Assembly: GCA_934330725.1 (NCBI GenBank)
Contig: CAKRGM010000001.1
Location: 119,398 to 183,397 of the forward strand
DNA length: 64,000 bases
Source of the DNA: an uncultured Lachnospiraceae bacterium
GTDB lineage: Bacteria > Bacillota > Clostridia > Lachnospirales > Lachnospiraceae
Direction of reading: 5' to 3'
Position numbers and translations under genes: made by a program. How positions within the stretch are numbered: the stretch's first letter is position 1; each line of letters opens with the position of its first letter. The notes under the pieces are model-generated. The model did no database searches. It saw only the letters and a list, made by a program, of their open reading frames with translations, and was not told where the DNA came from. Positions 9,475 to 19,258 of the stretch are shown piece after piece.

Positions 9475-10850
9475 TGCAGTCTATTTTCATAGAAATGTCA
9501 AAATATATTTTTGCATTCCTTATAGCGTTTTACACGCTGGCGTCGTATAGAGGCGCTGTAGTGCATAATGAGACAAAAAGAAAGAAAATATATATAACAC
9601 AGAATATTTTTATGTTTACAATTCATCTTATGGGTTATCTGATATTATATATTCTCAATGATGATATTAAATTTGTGATATTATATTTTGCCCAGTTCGT
9701 ATTTTTGTTTGTTATTATTGTTGTATATGATGTAATCTATCCAAAGGCCTCCAGGCTGCTTGTAAACAATATGTGCATGCTTATGGCAATTGGATTTATA
9801 ATGATTGCAAGACTTGATTATGATAAGTGCGTAAAACAGTTTGTAATTGCAATATGTGGAGCTGTTGTGACATTTTTTGTTCCATGGCTTTTAAAAACAG
9901 TAAAGAGCTTTAGAAATTTTGGATGGATATATTGTGCGGCAGGATTTATTTTGCTTGTTGCAGTTTTGTTTGGCAAAAAAGTTTTTGGCGCAAATCTGGT
10001 GCTATCGATAGGTCCGTTCTCAATTCAGCCGGGCGAATTTGTTAAAATATTATATATAATGTTTGTTGCATCGATGTTTAATAAATCAACAGATTTTAAA
10101 CAGACGGCACTTGTTACGGCGGCAGCAGCAGCGCATGTCATAGTGCTTGTGCTTTCAAATGATCTTGGAGCAGCGTTGATATTTTTTGTCGTATATCTTA
10201 TGTTATTATTTATTGCAACAAAAAAAGCATGGTATATGGTTGCCGGGCTGGGAGTTGGAAGTGTGGCATCGGTTGTGGCATATAAATTATTTTCCCATGT
10301 AAGAGACAGGGTCGTTATCTGGAGAGATCCGTGGAGCACAATTGATACGACAGGCTATCAGATATGTCAGTCTCTTTTTGCCATTGGAATGGGTTCGTGG
10401 TTTGGATATGGATTAGGACAGGGGATGCCGGATAAGATACCTGTAGCAGAAAAAGATTTTATGTTTTCGGCAATAGCAGAAGAATTCGGATCTATTTTTG
10501 CAATCGGAATACTTCTTATCTGTCTGAATAACCTTATTCTGATGATGAATATAGCATCAAGGTGCAAAACACTGTTTTACAGACTGGTTGCAGTTGGTAT
10601 CGGTGTTACATATGGTTTTCAGGTTTTCCTTACAGTTGGTGGTGCTATAAAGCTGATACCGATGACAGGAGTAACTTTACCATTTGTAAGTTATGGTGGC
10701 AGTTCAATCATAAGTTCGTTAATTATGTTCGCATTAATAAATGGTATGTATAACATGAGACAGGATGAGAGTGAGGCACAGCATGAAAGAACAGGAAGCA
10801 TTAAGAAAGGTAAAAAGAAGCAGAAGGCTAAAAAGGCAAAAGAAGACTAA
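9474..10850 (+). CDS. FtsW/RodA/SpoVE family peptidoglycan glycosyltransferase
   Basis: Polytopic 458-aa protein with SEDS motifs (QPGEFVKILYIMF, DLGAALIFF, PVAEKDFMFSAIAEEFG, TGVTLPFVSYGGSS). The start overlaps the U32 stop (TAATG). Confidence 0.9.
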   Translation: MQSIFIEMSKYIFAFLIAFYTLASYRGAVVHNETKRKKIYITQNIFMFTIHLMGYLILYILNDDIKFVILYFAQFVFLFVIIVVYDVIYPKASRLLVNNMCMLMAIGFIMIARLDYDKCVKQFVIAICGAVVTFFVPWLLKTVKSFRNFGWIYCAAGFILLVAVLFGKKVFGANLVLSIGPFSIQPGEFVKILYIMFVASMFNKSTDFKQTALVTAAAAAHVIVLVLSNDLGAALIFFVVYLMLLFIATKKAWYMVAGLGVGSVASVVAYKLFSHVRDRVVIWRDPWSTIDTTGYQICQSLFAIGMGSWFGYGLGQGMPDKIPVAEKDFMFSAIAEEFGSIFAIGILLICLNNLILMMNIASRCKTLFYRLVAVGIGVTYGFQVFLTVGGAIKLIPMTGVTLPFVSYGGSSIISSLIMFALINGMYNMRQDESEAQHERTGSIKKGKKKQKAKKAKED

Positions 10851-10893
10851 GAACAGTGATATCCTTGAAAATAAGGATAAGGGGTTAAGAAAC

Positions 10894-12297
10894 ATGGAAA
10901 CAAATATTATTTCTTTTGTTTTTGTTGGTCTGTTTGCACTTATGATGGGATATCTGACATATTTTAATATTGCCGAAGCCGGTGATGTTGTTAAGAACCC
11001 ATATAATAAGATGATAGACAGTCAGGCTGATAAGGTGATACGTGGAAATATTCTGGCGAGTGATGGCAGCGTTTTGGCTACAACAAAAGTAGATGCAGAT
11101 GGAAATGAAACAAGAGAATATCCATATGGAAGCACATTTTCACATGTTGTAGGACTTGCATCAGCAAAGACGGGACTTGAGGGATCACAGAATTTTTATC
11201 TGCTTTCAAAACCTGAAAATATTTTTGAACAGATATCAAAGGACGCAACGGGAACAAAATTTGTGGGAGATACAGTTGTTACTACACTTGTACCGGAACT
11301 TCAGAAAGCAGCAGATAAAGCACTGGGGAATAATAAAGGCGCGGTTATAGTGATGGAACCATCAACGGGAAAGATACTTGCAATGGTATCAAAGCCGGAT
11401 TATGATCCGAATGCGGCTGTTACTGAATACAGTAAGTGGCTTGAGTATGACAGCTCTGATTCGGTACTGCTAAACAGAGCCACCCAGGGACTGTATCCGC
11501 CAGGCTCAACATTTAAGATACTTACGGCACTTGAGTACGTAAGGGAGAACTCTGATTATGATTCATATACATATAACTGCAATGGCAGTGCATATGTGGA
11601 CGGCGGAACAACAATACCATGTAATAATAATAAAGCACATGGCCATGAAACCTTGAAAACGGCATTTGCCAATTCGTGTAATTCGGCATTTTCAACATTG
11701 GGGCTTAAACTTAATAAATCAGAATTTAAGAATACATGTGAATCATTTTTGTTTAATAATGACCTTCCGGTTGAAATAGAGCATAACTCAAGCAGTATGA
11801 CCATTAATGCTGATTCGGGAATAAGTGAGGTACAGGAGACTTCTATCGGACAGGGGAAAACGATGATGTCACCGCTGCATAATCTTATGATTACATCAAC
11901 AATCGCCAATAATGGTAAAATGATGACGCCGTATCTTGTGGATGCTGTAAAAGATTCTAATGATAATGTGGTTGAACAGAAATCACCAACAGTATATAAA
12001 GATAATCTTGTATCAGCAAGTGAAGCAGCAACCATAAAAAAATACATGAGAGCTGTTGTAACAAACGGTACAGGAACAGCATTTAGAAATGCTTCATATG
12101 AGGTAGCCGGCAAGACAGGTTCGGCACAATATGATAATTCAAGCAACTATCATTCGTGGTTTGTAGGATTTGCGCCTTATGATAATCCGAAGGTGGCAAT
12201 TTGTGTTGTACTTGAAGGCGGATTTAAGAATGTATCAAGTGCACAGTACATAGCGAAACCGGTGCTTGATGAGTATTTTAAGCTGAACGGAAAATAA
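10894..12297 (+). CDS. Class B penicillin-binding protein (PBP2-type transpeptidase)
   Basis: The ATG at 10894 follows AAGGGG. One TM helix, then STFK (PPGSTFK), SCN (ANSCNSAF) and KTG (AGKTGSAQ) boxes. The ORF track start 10765 overlaps the upstream gene and is probably spurious. Confidence 0.9.
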   Translation: METNIISFVFVGLFALMMGYLTYFNIAEAGDVVKNPYNKMIDSQADKVIRGNILASDGSVLATTKVDADGNETREYPYGSTFSHVVGLASAKTGLEGSQNFYLLSKPENIFEQISKDATGTKFVGDTVVTTLVPELQKAADKALGNNKGAVIVMEPSTGKILAMVSKPDYDPNAAVTEYSKWLEYDSSDSVLLNRATQGLYPPGSTFKILTALEYVRENSDYDSYTYNCNGSAYVDGGTTIPCNNNKAHGHETLKTAFANSCNSAFSTLGLKLNKSEFKNTCESFLFNNDLPVEIEHNSSSMTINADSGISEVQETSIGQGKTMMSPLHNLMITSTIANNGKMMTPYLVDAVKDSNDNVVEQKSPTVYKDNLVSASEAATIKKYMRAVVTNGTGTAFRNASYEVAGKTGSAQYDNSSNYHSWFVGFAPYDNPKVAICVVLEGGFKNVSSAQYIAKPVLDEYFKLNGK

Positions 12298-12384
12298 ATT
12301 ATATGTAAATACATGGTAAGGGCGGTTTACTAAACATCCGGTTAATGTTATACTAATTACGGTACAATTAACTGAGGGGTAGAA

Positions 12385-13386
12385 ATGGAGAATGATATGG
12401 ATTTTATAAATGCAGTCAGCACACTTGACGGAAATCAGTATCTGGTAAATAATACAGTATCTGCTGTGAATGACGGACAGCAGTTTGATAAAGTTTATGA
12501 AAAAGAGACACAAAAGACAAGTCTGGACGATATATTTAATGAAGCAGCCAGTGAATATGGAGTGAATGCAGAATTGATTAAAGCAGTAGCACGTGCGGAG
12601 TCTGGATTTGATGCACAGGCTGTTTCAAGGTGCGGTGCAAAAGGAATAATGCAGCTTATGCCATCAACAGCAAAGTCGCTTGGCGTTACAGACCCGTTTG
12701 ATGCCAGACAGAGCATAATGGGTGGTACAAAAATGCTTGCATATCTTCTTAATGATTATAATGGAAATGCTTCACTTGCACTTGCAGCGTATAATGCAGG
12801 TTCAGGTTCTGTAAAAAAATATGGTGGCGTTCCGCCATATAAAGAAACTCTTAATTATATCAATAAGATTAACGGGTATCTTAATGGCGCTTTAAGTAAT
12901 GATTCAACCAGAACTGCTGATGCGAAGGCTACAGACTTTACAGTGGCATCAGCCACACAGGCACCTGATATAAGCAAAAGTATAATGTCTGACAGCAGTG
13001 TACAGGCATATGATTACGGTAATACAGCAGTGCCACATTATAATGAAGTGAGTGATACAGGCAGCACTGATGCTGATGACACAGAAGATATGGCAGGAAT
13101 ATCATCTGACAGCTCACTGTTTACATACAGCGATTATTTGAAATTCCTTAACACCTATGAAAGTATAATAAAAAAACTTATGTCAGAATTATCTGATTAT
13201 AATGATGATGAAAAAAACATGTACAGTGGAAGTGCTTTAAAACAGTTATATGATATTACAGATTCCAAAGACACCTCTTTATTTGGAAATACAGATAAAA
13301 CATCAGATGTTTCAAATTCGACGGGATCACAGTCATCTGTCAATAATGAAAAAATTGCCAGATATCGTACATTTATGAATATATGA
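12385..13386 (+). CDS. Lytic transglycosylase (SLT domain) with low-complexity C-terminal half
   Basis: AESGFDAQAVSRCGAKGIMQLMPSTA ... AAYNAGSGSV is the goose-lysozyme-like SLT signature. The C-terminus is S/D/T-rich. Confidence 0.8.
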   Translation: MENDMDFINAVSTLDGNQYLVNNTVSAVNDGQQFDKVYEKETQKTSLDDIFNEAASEYGVNAELIKAVARAESGFDAQAVSRCGAKGIMQLMPSTAKSLGVTDPFDARQSIMGGTKMLAYLLNDYNGNASLALAAYNAGSGSVKKYGGVPPYKETLNYINKINGYLNGALSNDSTRTADAKATDFTVASATQAPDISKSIMSDSSVQAYDYGNTAVPHYNEVSDTGSTDADDTEDMAGISSDSSLFTYSDYLKFLNTYESIIKKLMSELSDYNDDEKNMYSGSALKQLYDITDSKDTSLFGNTDKTSDVSNSTGSQSSVNNEKIARYRTFMNI

Positions 13387-13589
13387 TTGGTTATTTACGG
13401 CTGCGGTAGCAATTATCGCAGCTGTTAATTTATGCAGTCAGCTGCATATCAGATATAAATGCTTTATATTGTAAAGAAAATTGAAAAATAAAACGACTTG
13501 ACAAAAATGAGTATGTAATATACGATTTTTAAAGACGATTTTAGATATTAAAATTTTAAATATTGATGCTTAGGAAGGAGCTTGCTGTA

Positions 13590-14870
13590 ATGAATCAGAA
13601 GAAAACATTTGTCAGTTTAGAACAGTTAAAGGAGATTAATAAGAAATATCCGACACCATTTTATTTGTATGATGAGAAGGGTATCAGGGAAAATGCAAAA
13701 AAATTAAAGGAAGCTTTTTCCTGGAATAAAGGATTTAGGGAATTCTTTGCTGTTAAGGCGACACCAAATCCATTTATACTTGACATATTAAAGGATTATG
13801 ACTGTGGCGTTGACTGTGCATCATATACAGAACTTATGATGGCACATGCCATGGATTTTGGCGCCGGAAAGATTATGTTTTCATCAAATGATACACCGGC
13901 AGAAGAATTTGCATATGCAAAAGAAGTTAATGCAATTATAAATCTTGATGATTTCACTCATATTGATTTTGTTGATAAAATATTTGATGGAAAATTCCCT
14001 GAAACAATGTGCTGCAGATATAATCCGGGCGGATATTTCAAACTTGGAACATCAATTATGGATAATCCGGGAGATGCAAAATATGGAATGACACATGACC
14101 AGATAATTGAAGCATATAAGATATTAATGTCAAAGGGTGTTAAGCATTTTGGTATACATGCATTTCTTGCAAGCAATACTGTAACAAATGAATATTATCC
14201 GGCACTTGCAAAGATTCTTTTTGAACTTGCAGTAGAGATAAAAGAAAAGACTGGTGCAGATATTAAGTTTATTAACCTTTCAGGTGGTATAGGTGTTCCT
14301 TATGAACCAGGCAAGGAGCCTAATGATATCAGTGTTATAGGTGCTAATGTCCATAAAGTTTATGATGAAGTACTTACTGCAAATGGTATGGGTGATGTTG
14401 CAATTTATACTGAACTTGGAAGATTCATGCTTGCTCCTTATGGAAGCCTTATAACAAAAGCAATTCATGAAAAACATACATACAAGGAATATATTGGAAC
14501 AGATGCATGCGCAGTAAATCTTATGAGACCTGCCATGTATGGTGCATATCATCATATTACTGTTGCAGGCAAGGAAGACGCACCATGTGATCATGTATAT
14601 GACGTAACAGGTTCATTATGTGAGAACAATGATAAGTTTGCGATAGACAGAAAGCTTCCAAAGATAGATATGGGCGATTATCTTATTATTCATGATGCAG
14701 GTGCACATGGATTCTCAATGGGATATAACTATAACGGTAAGCTTAAGTGTGCAGAGCTTCTTTTAAAGGAAGATGGTAATGTTGAGATGATAAGAAGAGC
14801 GGAAACACCAAAGGATTACTTTGCAACATTTGATTTCTGTGATAAGCTTGATAAGCTTAACCTGCGTTAA
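13590..14870 (+). CDS. lysA: PLP-dependent Orn/DAP/Arg-family decarboxylase, most likely diaminopimelate decarboxylase
   Basis: The ATG at 13590 follows GGAAGGAG. FAVKATPNP (PLP lysine), SGGIGVPY, TELGRF, GSLCENNDKF. Confidence 0.7.
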   Translation: MNQKKTFVSLEQLKEINKKYPTPFYLYDEKGIRENAKKLKEAFSWNKGFREFFAVKATPNPFILDILKDYDCGVDCASYTELMMAHAMDFGAGKIMFSSNDTPAEEFAYAKEVNAIINLDDFTHIDFVDKIFDGKFPETMCCRYNPGGYFKLGTSIMDNPGDAKYGMTHDQIIEAYKILMSKGVKHFGIHAFLASNTVTNEYYPALAKILFELAVEIKEKTGADIKFINLSGGIGVPYEPGKEPNDISVIGANVHKVYDEVLTANGMGDVAIYTELGRFMLAPYGSLITKAIHEKHTYKEYIGTDACAVNLMRPAMYGAYHHITVAGKEDAPCDHVYDVTGSLCENNDKFAIDRKLPKIDMGDYLIIHDAGAHGFSMGYNYNGKLKCAELLLKEDGNVEMIRRAETPKDYFATFDFCDKLDKLNLR

Positions 14871-14962
14871 ATCAGATTTTGCAGGGCATCAGCTGAAAAA
14901 CGGCGGGTTTCGCAATTAACGATGATATAATAATAAGTGTAAGGAGCGGCGGTATCTGTCTT

Positions 14963-16351
14963 ATGAAAGATTTAAATTATATTTCACAACAAATAAGGAA
15001 TGGTAAAGAGCTTGATGATAATCTCGAAAAATATGCAAAGGGAATGTCATCAATGTATAATTCATATGCATATATAAAGTTGTCAATGAATTACTATACT
15101 TTATTTGATATGATTAGTGAAAAGGGAAGAAAGTCAGAAGGCTTTGATGGATTATGGGACAGATTCAATAAGCTTATAAAAGAATATGTTCTCGGCACTG
15201 GCAGGGATGGATTGGATGAGGTCAGGTCTTTAAGACAGCAGATTGTGCAGGTAATGGAAGTTGTAACTGCATATATTGACCGGCTCCGAATTTATGAGTA
15301 CGTTCTTAACCGTGTCGAGTACCGCTTCAAACCTGCCGGAATTGATGAGGAATATTATGGCACATATTTTACTAATGATATAATGCATTATATTCTGGCT
15401 GATAAAGAAAATATTGTTGTAAACAGTAAAATCTCAGAGATTGTTGGGCAGCTCCCAATAAGAATGTCAAAAAATAAGTTTTTTGAATATATAAATGAGG
15501 CATTTTCTTTATATCATGGAGCACAGAAGCAGACAATTGATGATTTTTTATACACATTAAAAACAGTATCGATGCTTCAGGATATCAAGGGAATACAGAC
15601 AACATTTCCGGATATTTATGAAATGTATAAAAGTCTTGCAGATGCCGGGTATTCTGATATTGATGAAGCTGAATATAACAGACTTAAGAAGATTCTTGAT
15701 ATAGCGATAGATAAAATAAATGACTATGCAGATCTTTTTGTACTTTTAGCACAGGTTGTTAATGATGTATATACAATACTTCTTACAGATAACTATACGG
15801 TAGATGCAGTTAAGGAAGTTCAGATTGCAAGAGATATTTTGCAGCAGATAAATCATAATTACACTAACAATGAAATTGCATTTGATGATTCAGTAATAGC
15901 AGGCTTTACTTTTTTTGAGGGACGTCAGGAACGTATTGCAGAGGTATTGTCAGCAAATGAGTATATTGTCAATTATGTTAAATTAAATTATAAAAATAAA
16001 GCAGAAAAGGCTGGATTGCTGGAGATTTATGAAGCGCTTTCATTAGCTGAAAAACTACAGTCAGGAAGTGATTTCGTAAGTCTTAAAGAGGATCCACAGG
16101 CACTTGAGGTGCCGGAAGATTCATATGCAGATGAGGTATGTGCAGGGCTTATTGAAGAGATAAGAAATGATTTTGAAAATAAACCGGCAATCGTAAGAAG
16201 AGCTGTAATGGCATCAGTATTATCACAGCTGCCGGTATTTTTTAATAATGTTAATGAAATTGTTGCTTATATTAATACTTCACTTTCAGGCTGTACTGAC
16301 CCGGCAGAAAAGGCTGCGGTACTTGAGATAGTAAAAGATATTATAAAATAG
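14963..16351 (+). CDS. Hypothetical protein (462 aa, helical, no recognisable motif)
   Basis: Long uninterrupted ORF with normal codon usage. No TM segment or signal peptide seen. Confidence 0.7.
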   Translation: MKDLNYISQQIRNGKELDDNLEKYAKGMSSMYNSYAYIKLSMNYYTLFDMISEKGRKSEGFDGLWDRFNKLIKEYVLGTGRDGLDEVRSLRQQIVQVMEVVTAYIDRLRIYEYVLNRVEYRFKPAGIDEEYYGTYFTNDIMHYILADKENIVVNSKISEIVGQLPIRMSKNKFFEYINEAFSLYHGAQKQTIDDFLYTLKTVSMLQDIKGIQTTFPDIYEMYKSLADAGYSDIDEAEYNRLKKILDIAIDKINDYADLFVLLAQVVNDVYTILLTDNYTVDAVKEVQIARDILQQINHNYTNNEIAFDDSVIAGFTFFEGRQERIAEVLSANEYIVNYVKLNYKNKAEKAGLLEIYEALSLAEKLQSGSDFVSLKEDPQALEVPEDSYADEVCAGLIEEIRNDFENKPAIVRRAVMASVLSQLPVFFNNVNEIVAYINTSLSGCTDPAEKAAVLEIVKDIIK

Positions 16352-16366
16352 TAAGTGGGAGTATAT

Positions 16367-16699
16367 ATGAAGTGGTATAAAAAGCTTTATTTAGGAGATA
16401 ATGCAAAAAAGGCAAAATATAAAGTTTTTGGTAAGATATGCAGAAACCGCTTTAGTTATAATACGTTTTTGATAACATTGTCAGATACACCGGGTAATCT
16501 GCTGGAGATATATTCTGTTAATCTTTTGAAACAGCCATACTATCGTGAAAAAGAAGTGAAAAAAAATATTTATGTAGTTGGTCTTGCAGCCGGCTATAAT
16601 GAAGCTGTAAATGTAATGCAGCAGATAATAGAAGAAGTTTATGCGGCAACAGGCGCTTTTGATATAAGATCATATTTAAAGTTTGGACTAAAAAAATAA
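16367..16699 (+). CDS. Hypothetical protein (110 aa)
   Basis: The ATG at 16367 follows GGGAG, 16 nt after the stop of the previous gene (likely co-transcribed). Confidence 0.6.
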   Translation: MKWYKKLYLGDNAKKAKYKVFGKICRNRFSYNTFLITLSDTPGNLLEIYSVNLLKQPYYREKEVKKNIYVVGLAAGYNEAVNVMQQIIEEVYAATGAFDIRSYLKFGLKK

Positions 16700-16720
16700 A
16701 AGTGAAAGAATGGGATTAAT

Positions 16721-17719
16721 ATGCTGGGAATAATATTATTAATATTAAAAATAATAGCAATTATTATTGGCGTGTTAATGGGACTTATACTTTTGACCGT
16801 TATGCTGGTACTTTTTGTACCAGTAAGGTATAAGATAGATGCGAGCTTTTATAATAAACCGGTTGTACATGTTAAAGTATCATGGCTGTTAAATTTTCTG
16901 CGTTTTCATTTTTCGTATGATGATAATGAAATGAAAACCGATGCCAGGATACTTGTTTTTAAATTAAAAATGTTTAATGGCGGTAAAAAAGATGATGTAA
17001 TCGAGGATGCTTCAGATGATAAACAGCCAAATACGGAACATGAAAAATCCCTTTTACAGGATACGGCTGAGAGTAAACAGGAAGAAGAACAAGATGCACC
17101 TGTGAACAAACAGAAAGAAGAACAGGATACATTTGTGAGCAGACAGGAAGAAGACGGGGAATTATTAAATCAGCCGGAAAAAGAATATGATAAATCTGAT
17201 ATTTATGATAAAAAAGAAGTTCATAAGCGAATAGGTTTATTAAAAAAAATTAAAAATATATACTGTTCGGTTAAAGAAAAAATAAAATCCGTTTTTGATA
17301 AAATTTGTGATATAATTAAAAAAATGCGCGATAAAACCGTATCCATTAAGGATTTGGTCACGGAAAAAGTTAATTCGGTTAAAGCTGTGATTAATAATCA
17401 GGAATACAGGGAACTTGCCGGATTCTTATTTGAACAGCTGAAAGCATTACTTGCGAAAATAAAGCCAAAAAAGTATGACATAAATATACGATATGGTTTT
17501 GATGATCCTTATACGACAGGTAAGGTATCCATGTATGCGGCAGTATTATGGGGGATGCTTGGAATTGATGCCAATATAATGCCTGAGTTTGAACAAAAAA
17601 TACTTGAAGGCAGTGTGTTTTTAAAAGGCAGAGTAACAGTATTCAGTTTGATTGTCATAGCTGTTAAAGTATATTTTAATAAACTTTTCAAAAAGATAGT
17701 TATTGATAGAAATATATAA
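16721..17719 (+). CDS. YtfI-like (DUF2953-type) sporulation membrane protein
   Basis: N-terminal TM helix (ILLILKIIAIIIGVLMGLILLTVMLVLFV), acidic repeat linker, and it lies immediately upstream of and overlaps the ytfJ/gerW-like gene. The family call rests on position and architecture. Confidence 0.55.
   Translation: MLGIILLILKIIAIIIGVLMGLILLTVMLVLFVPVRYKIDASFYNKPVVHVKVSWLLNFLRFHFSYDDNEMKTDARILVFKLKMFNGGKKDDVIEDASDDKQPNTEHEKSLLQDTAESKQEEEQDAPVNKQKEEQDTFVSRQEEDGELLNQPEKEYDKSDIYDKKEVHKRIGLLKKIKNIYCSVKEKIKSVFDKICDIIKKMRDKTVSIKDLVTEKVNSVKAVINNQEYRELAGFLFEQLKALLAKIKPKKYDINIRYGFDDPYTTGKVSMYAAVLWGMLGIDANIMPEFEQKILEGSVFLKGRVTVFSLIVIAVKVYFNKLFKKIVIDRNI
17075..17173 (+). repeat. Three imperfect 33-nt tandem repeats inside the ytfI-like gene
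   Basis: AAACAGGAAGAAGAACAAGATGCACCTGTGAAC / AAACAGAAAGAAGAACAGGATACATTTGTGAGC / AGACAGGAAGAAGACGGGGAATTATTAAATCAG encode KQEEEQDAPVN / KQKEEQDTFVS / RQEEDGELLNQ. Confidence 0.6.
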
Positions 17720-17738
17720 TATTATGGAGGATACAAAT

Positions 17739-18137
17739 ATGGCAGATAAGAATAATTTTGATGCAACTGTAGCGTCACTTTTTAAGGGAATGGACGCATT
17801 CATTTCTGCAAAAACGGTGGTAGGAGATGCTGTGACAGTAAATGATACAATTATACTTCCACTTGTTGATGTTTCTTTCGGAGTTGGAGCAGGAGCATTT
17901 GCAGGCGAGAAAAAGAATAATGCAGGCGGAGCTATGACGGGGAAAGTTTCACCAAGTGCAGTTCTTGTTATAAAAAATGGAACGACGAAGCTTGTAAATA
18001 TAAAAAATCAGGATACTGTCACAAAGATTCTCGATATGATTCCTGATGTTATCGATAGATTTACAGGAAAGTCAGATGAAAAAGATGCTTCTGTAGACAA
18101 TGCAATTGAATCTGTAAGTGAGGAATATAATAAATAA
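17739..18137 (+). CDS. ytfJ: GerW/YtfJ family sporulation protein
   Basis: The ATG at 17739 follows GGAGGA. KTVVGDAVTVNDTIILPLVDVSFGVGAGAF ... SPSAVLVIKNG is the YtfJ/GerW signature. Confidence 0.85.
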   Translation: MADKNNFDATVASLFKGMDAFISAKTVVGDAVTVNDTIILPLVDVSFGVGAGAFAGEKKNNAGGAMTGKVSPSAVLVIKNGTTKLVNIKNQDTVTKILDMIPDVIDRFTGKSDEKDASVDNAIESVSEEYNK

Positions 18138-18190
18138 TATGGACATATACTTAACAGACGCTTTATATTATGTGGGGCGATAATGTTAAT

Positions 18191-18331
18191 ATGTCAAGAA
18201 TGATAGGCTTTATTATGTTCTGGATTGCTATTGGAATGGTAATTGGAATATGGCTCGCAGGAAATATTTTTTTATGTATATGTATAATTATTACACTTTT
18301 AATATTAGGATATAATCTGTTTTGCCATTAA
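18191..18331 (+). CDS. Possible 46-aa hydrophobic peptide (two TM segments)
   Basis: This ORF is not in the track (too short): MSRMIGFIMFWIAIGMVIGIWLAGNIFLCICIIITLLILGYNLFCH. It fills an otherwise empty gap but has only a weak RBS. Confidence 0.3.
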   Translation: MSRMIGFIMFWIAIGMVIGIWLAGNIFLCICIIITLLILGYNLFCH

Positions 18332-18427
18332 AATGATAAAAAAATGTTGCAAAAGATAAATCTATCTGATATAATCTTTTCTGTTGCGGGTAAAAAATGC
18401 CCAATACCATTAAGGAGGTGTATTCGT

Positions 18428-18613
18428 ATGGCAAAATGTGCAATTTGTGAAAAAGCTGCTCACTTTGGTAATGCTGTGAGCCATTCTCATAGAAGATCAA
18501 ATAAAAAGTGGAATGCTAACGTAAAGTCAGTAAAAGCAAAGGTTAATGGACAGAGCAAGAAGATTTACGTATGTACTTCATGCTTACGTTCAGGTAAAGT
18601 AGAACGTGCTTAA
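18428..18613 (+). CDS. rpmB: 50S ribosomal protein L28
   Basis: The ATG at 18428 follows AAGGAGG. MAKCAICEKAAHFGNAVSHSHRRSNKKWNANV... Confidence 0.95.
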   Translation: MAKCAICEKAAHFGNAVSHSHRRSNKKWNANVKSVKAKVNGQSKKIYVCTSCLRSGKVERA

Positions 18614-18802
18614 TAATTGCTGTTAATTTTCGAAAATTTATAACAATGCATAAGGTGGATTGTCAGACAGGCAGTTCGCCTTTTGTGCTTTTTAGGTAAA
18701 TTAGAATAAAATTCATTAAAATGGTTTATTTTTTCTGCATGAAAGGGTATAATGTCTTTATTAAATTGGATATTTATTGTATATCCGTGAATGGAGGTTT
18801 AT

Positions 18803-19162
18803 ATGAAAGGACATTTGGAAGGACAGTTAGGAACTATCTCAATTGATTCTGAAGTAATTGCAAAATATGCCGGTTCAACAGCGGTAGAATGCTTTGGAAT
18901 AGTTGGTATGGCTGCTGTAAGTATGAAAGATGGTCTTGTAAAACTCTTAAAAGGAGACAGCCTTACGAGGGGAATTCATGTAGAAATAGATGAAGATAAT
19001 AAAATTGTAATAGATTTTCATGTTATTGTTTCCTATGGAGTGAGCATATCAACAGTGGCAGATAATCTTATTGAAAATGTAAAATATAAAGTTGGACAGT
19101 TTACAGGAATGGAAATAAAGAAAATAAATATATTTGTAGAAGGTGTGCGTGTTATCGATTAG
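18803..19162 (+). CDS. Asp23/Gls24 family envelope stress protein
   Basis: The ATG at 18803 follows GGAGG. The sequence is Asp23-like (ISIDSEVIAKYAGSTAVECFGIVGM), and it has the conserved position upstream of yloV-recG. Confidence 0.85.
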   Translation: MKGHLEGQLGTISIDSEVIAKYAGSTAVECFGIVGMAAVSMKDGLVKLLKGDSLTRGIHVEIDEDNKIVIDFHVIVSYGVSISTVADNLIENVKYKVGQFTGMEIKKINIFVEGVRVID

Positions 19163-19258
19163 CAATAGCACATAATAAGAATAGTGATTATATATTGATT
19201 ATTAAATTTAAATATCGTCTGAGTTTTAATATACAGCTGTTGAAGCTTTAATGGCGGA

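Noticed and set aside
17075-17173. 33-nt tandem repeats considered as a CRISPR-like or VNTR array
   Set aside because: There are only three imperfect units with no spacers. They are in-frame inside a coding region and encode an acidic KQEEEQD linker. This is an ordinary low-complexity coding repeat.
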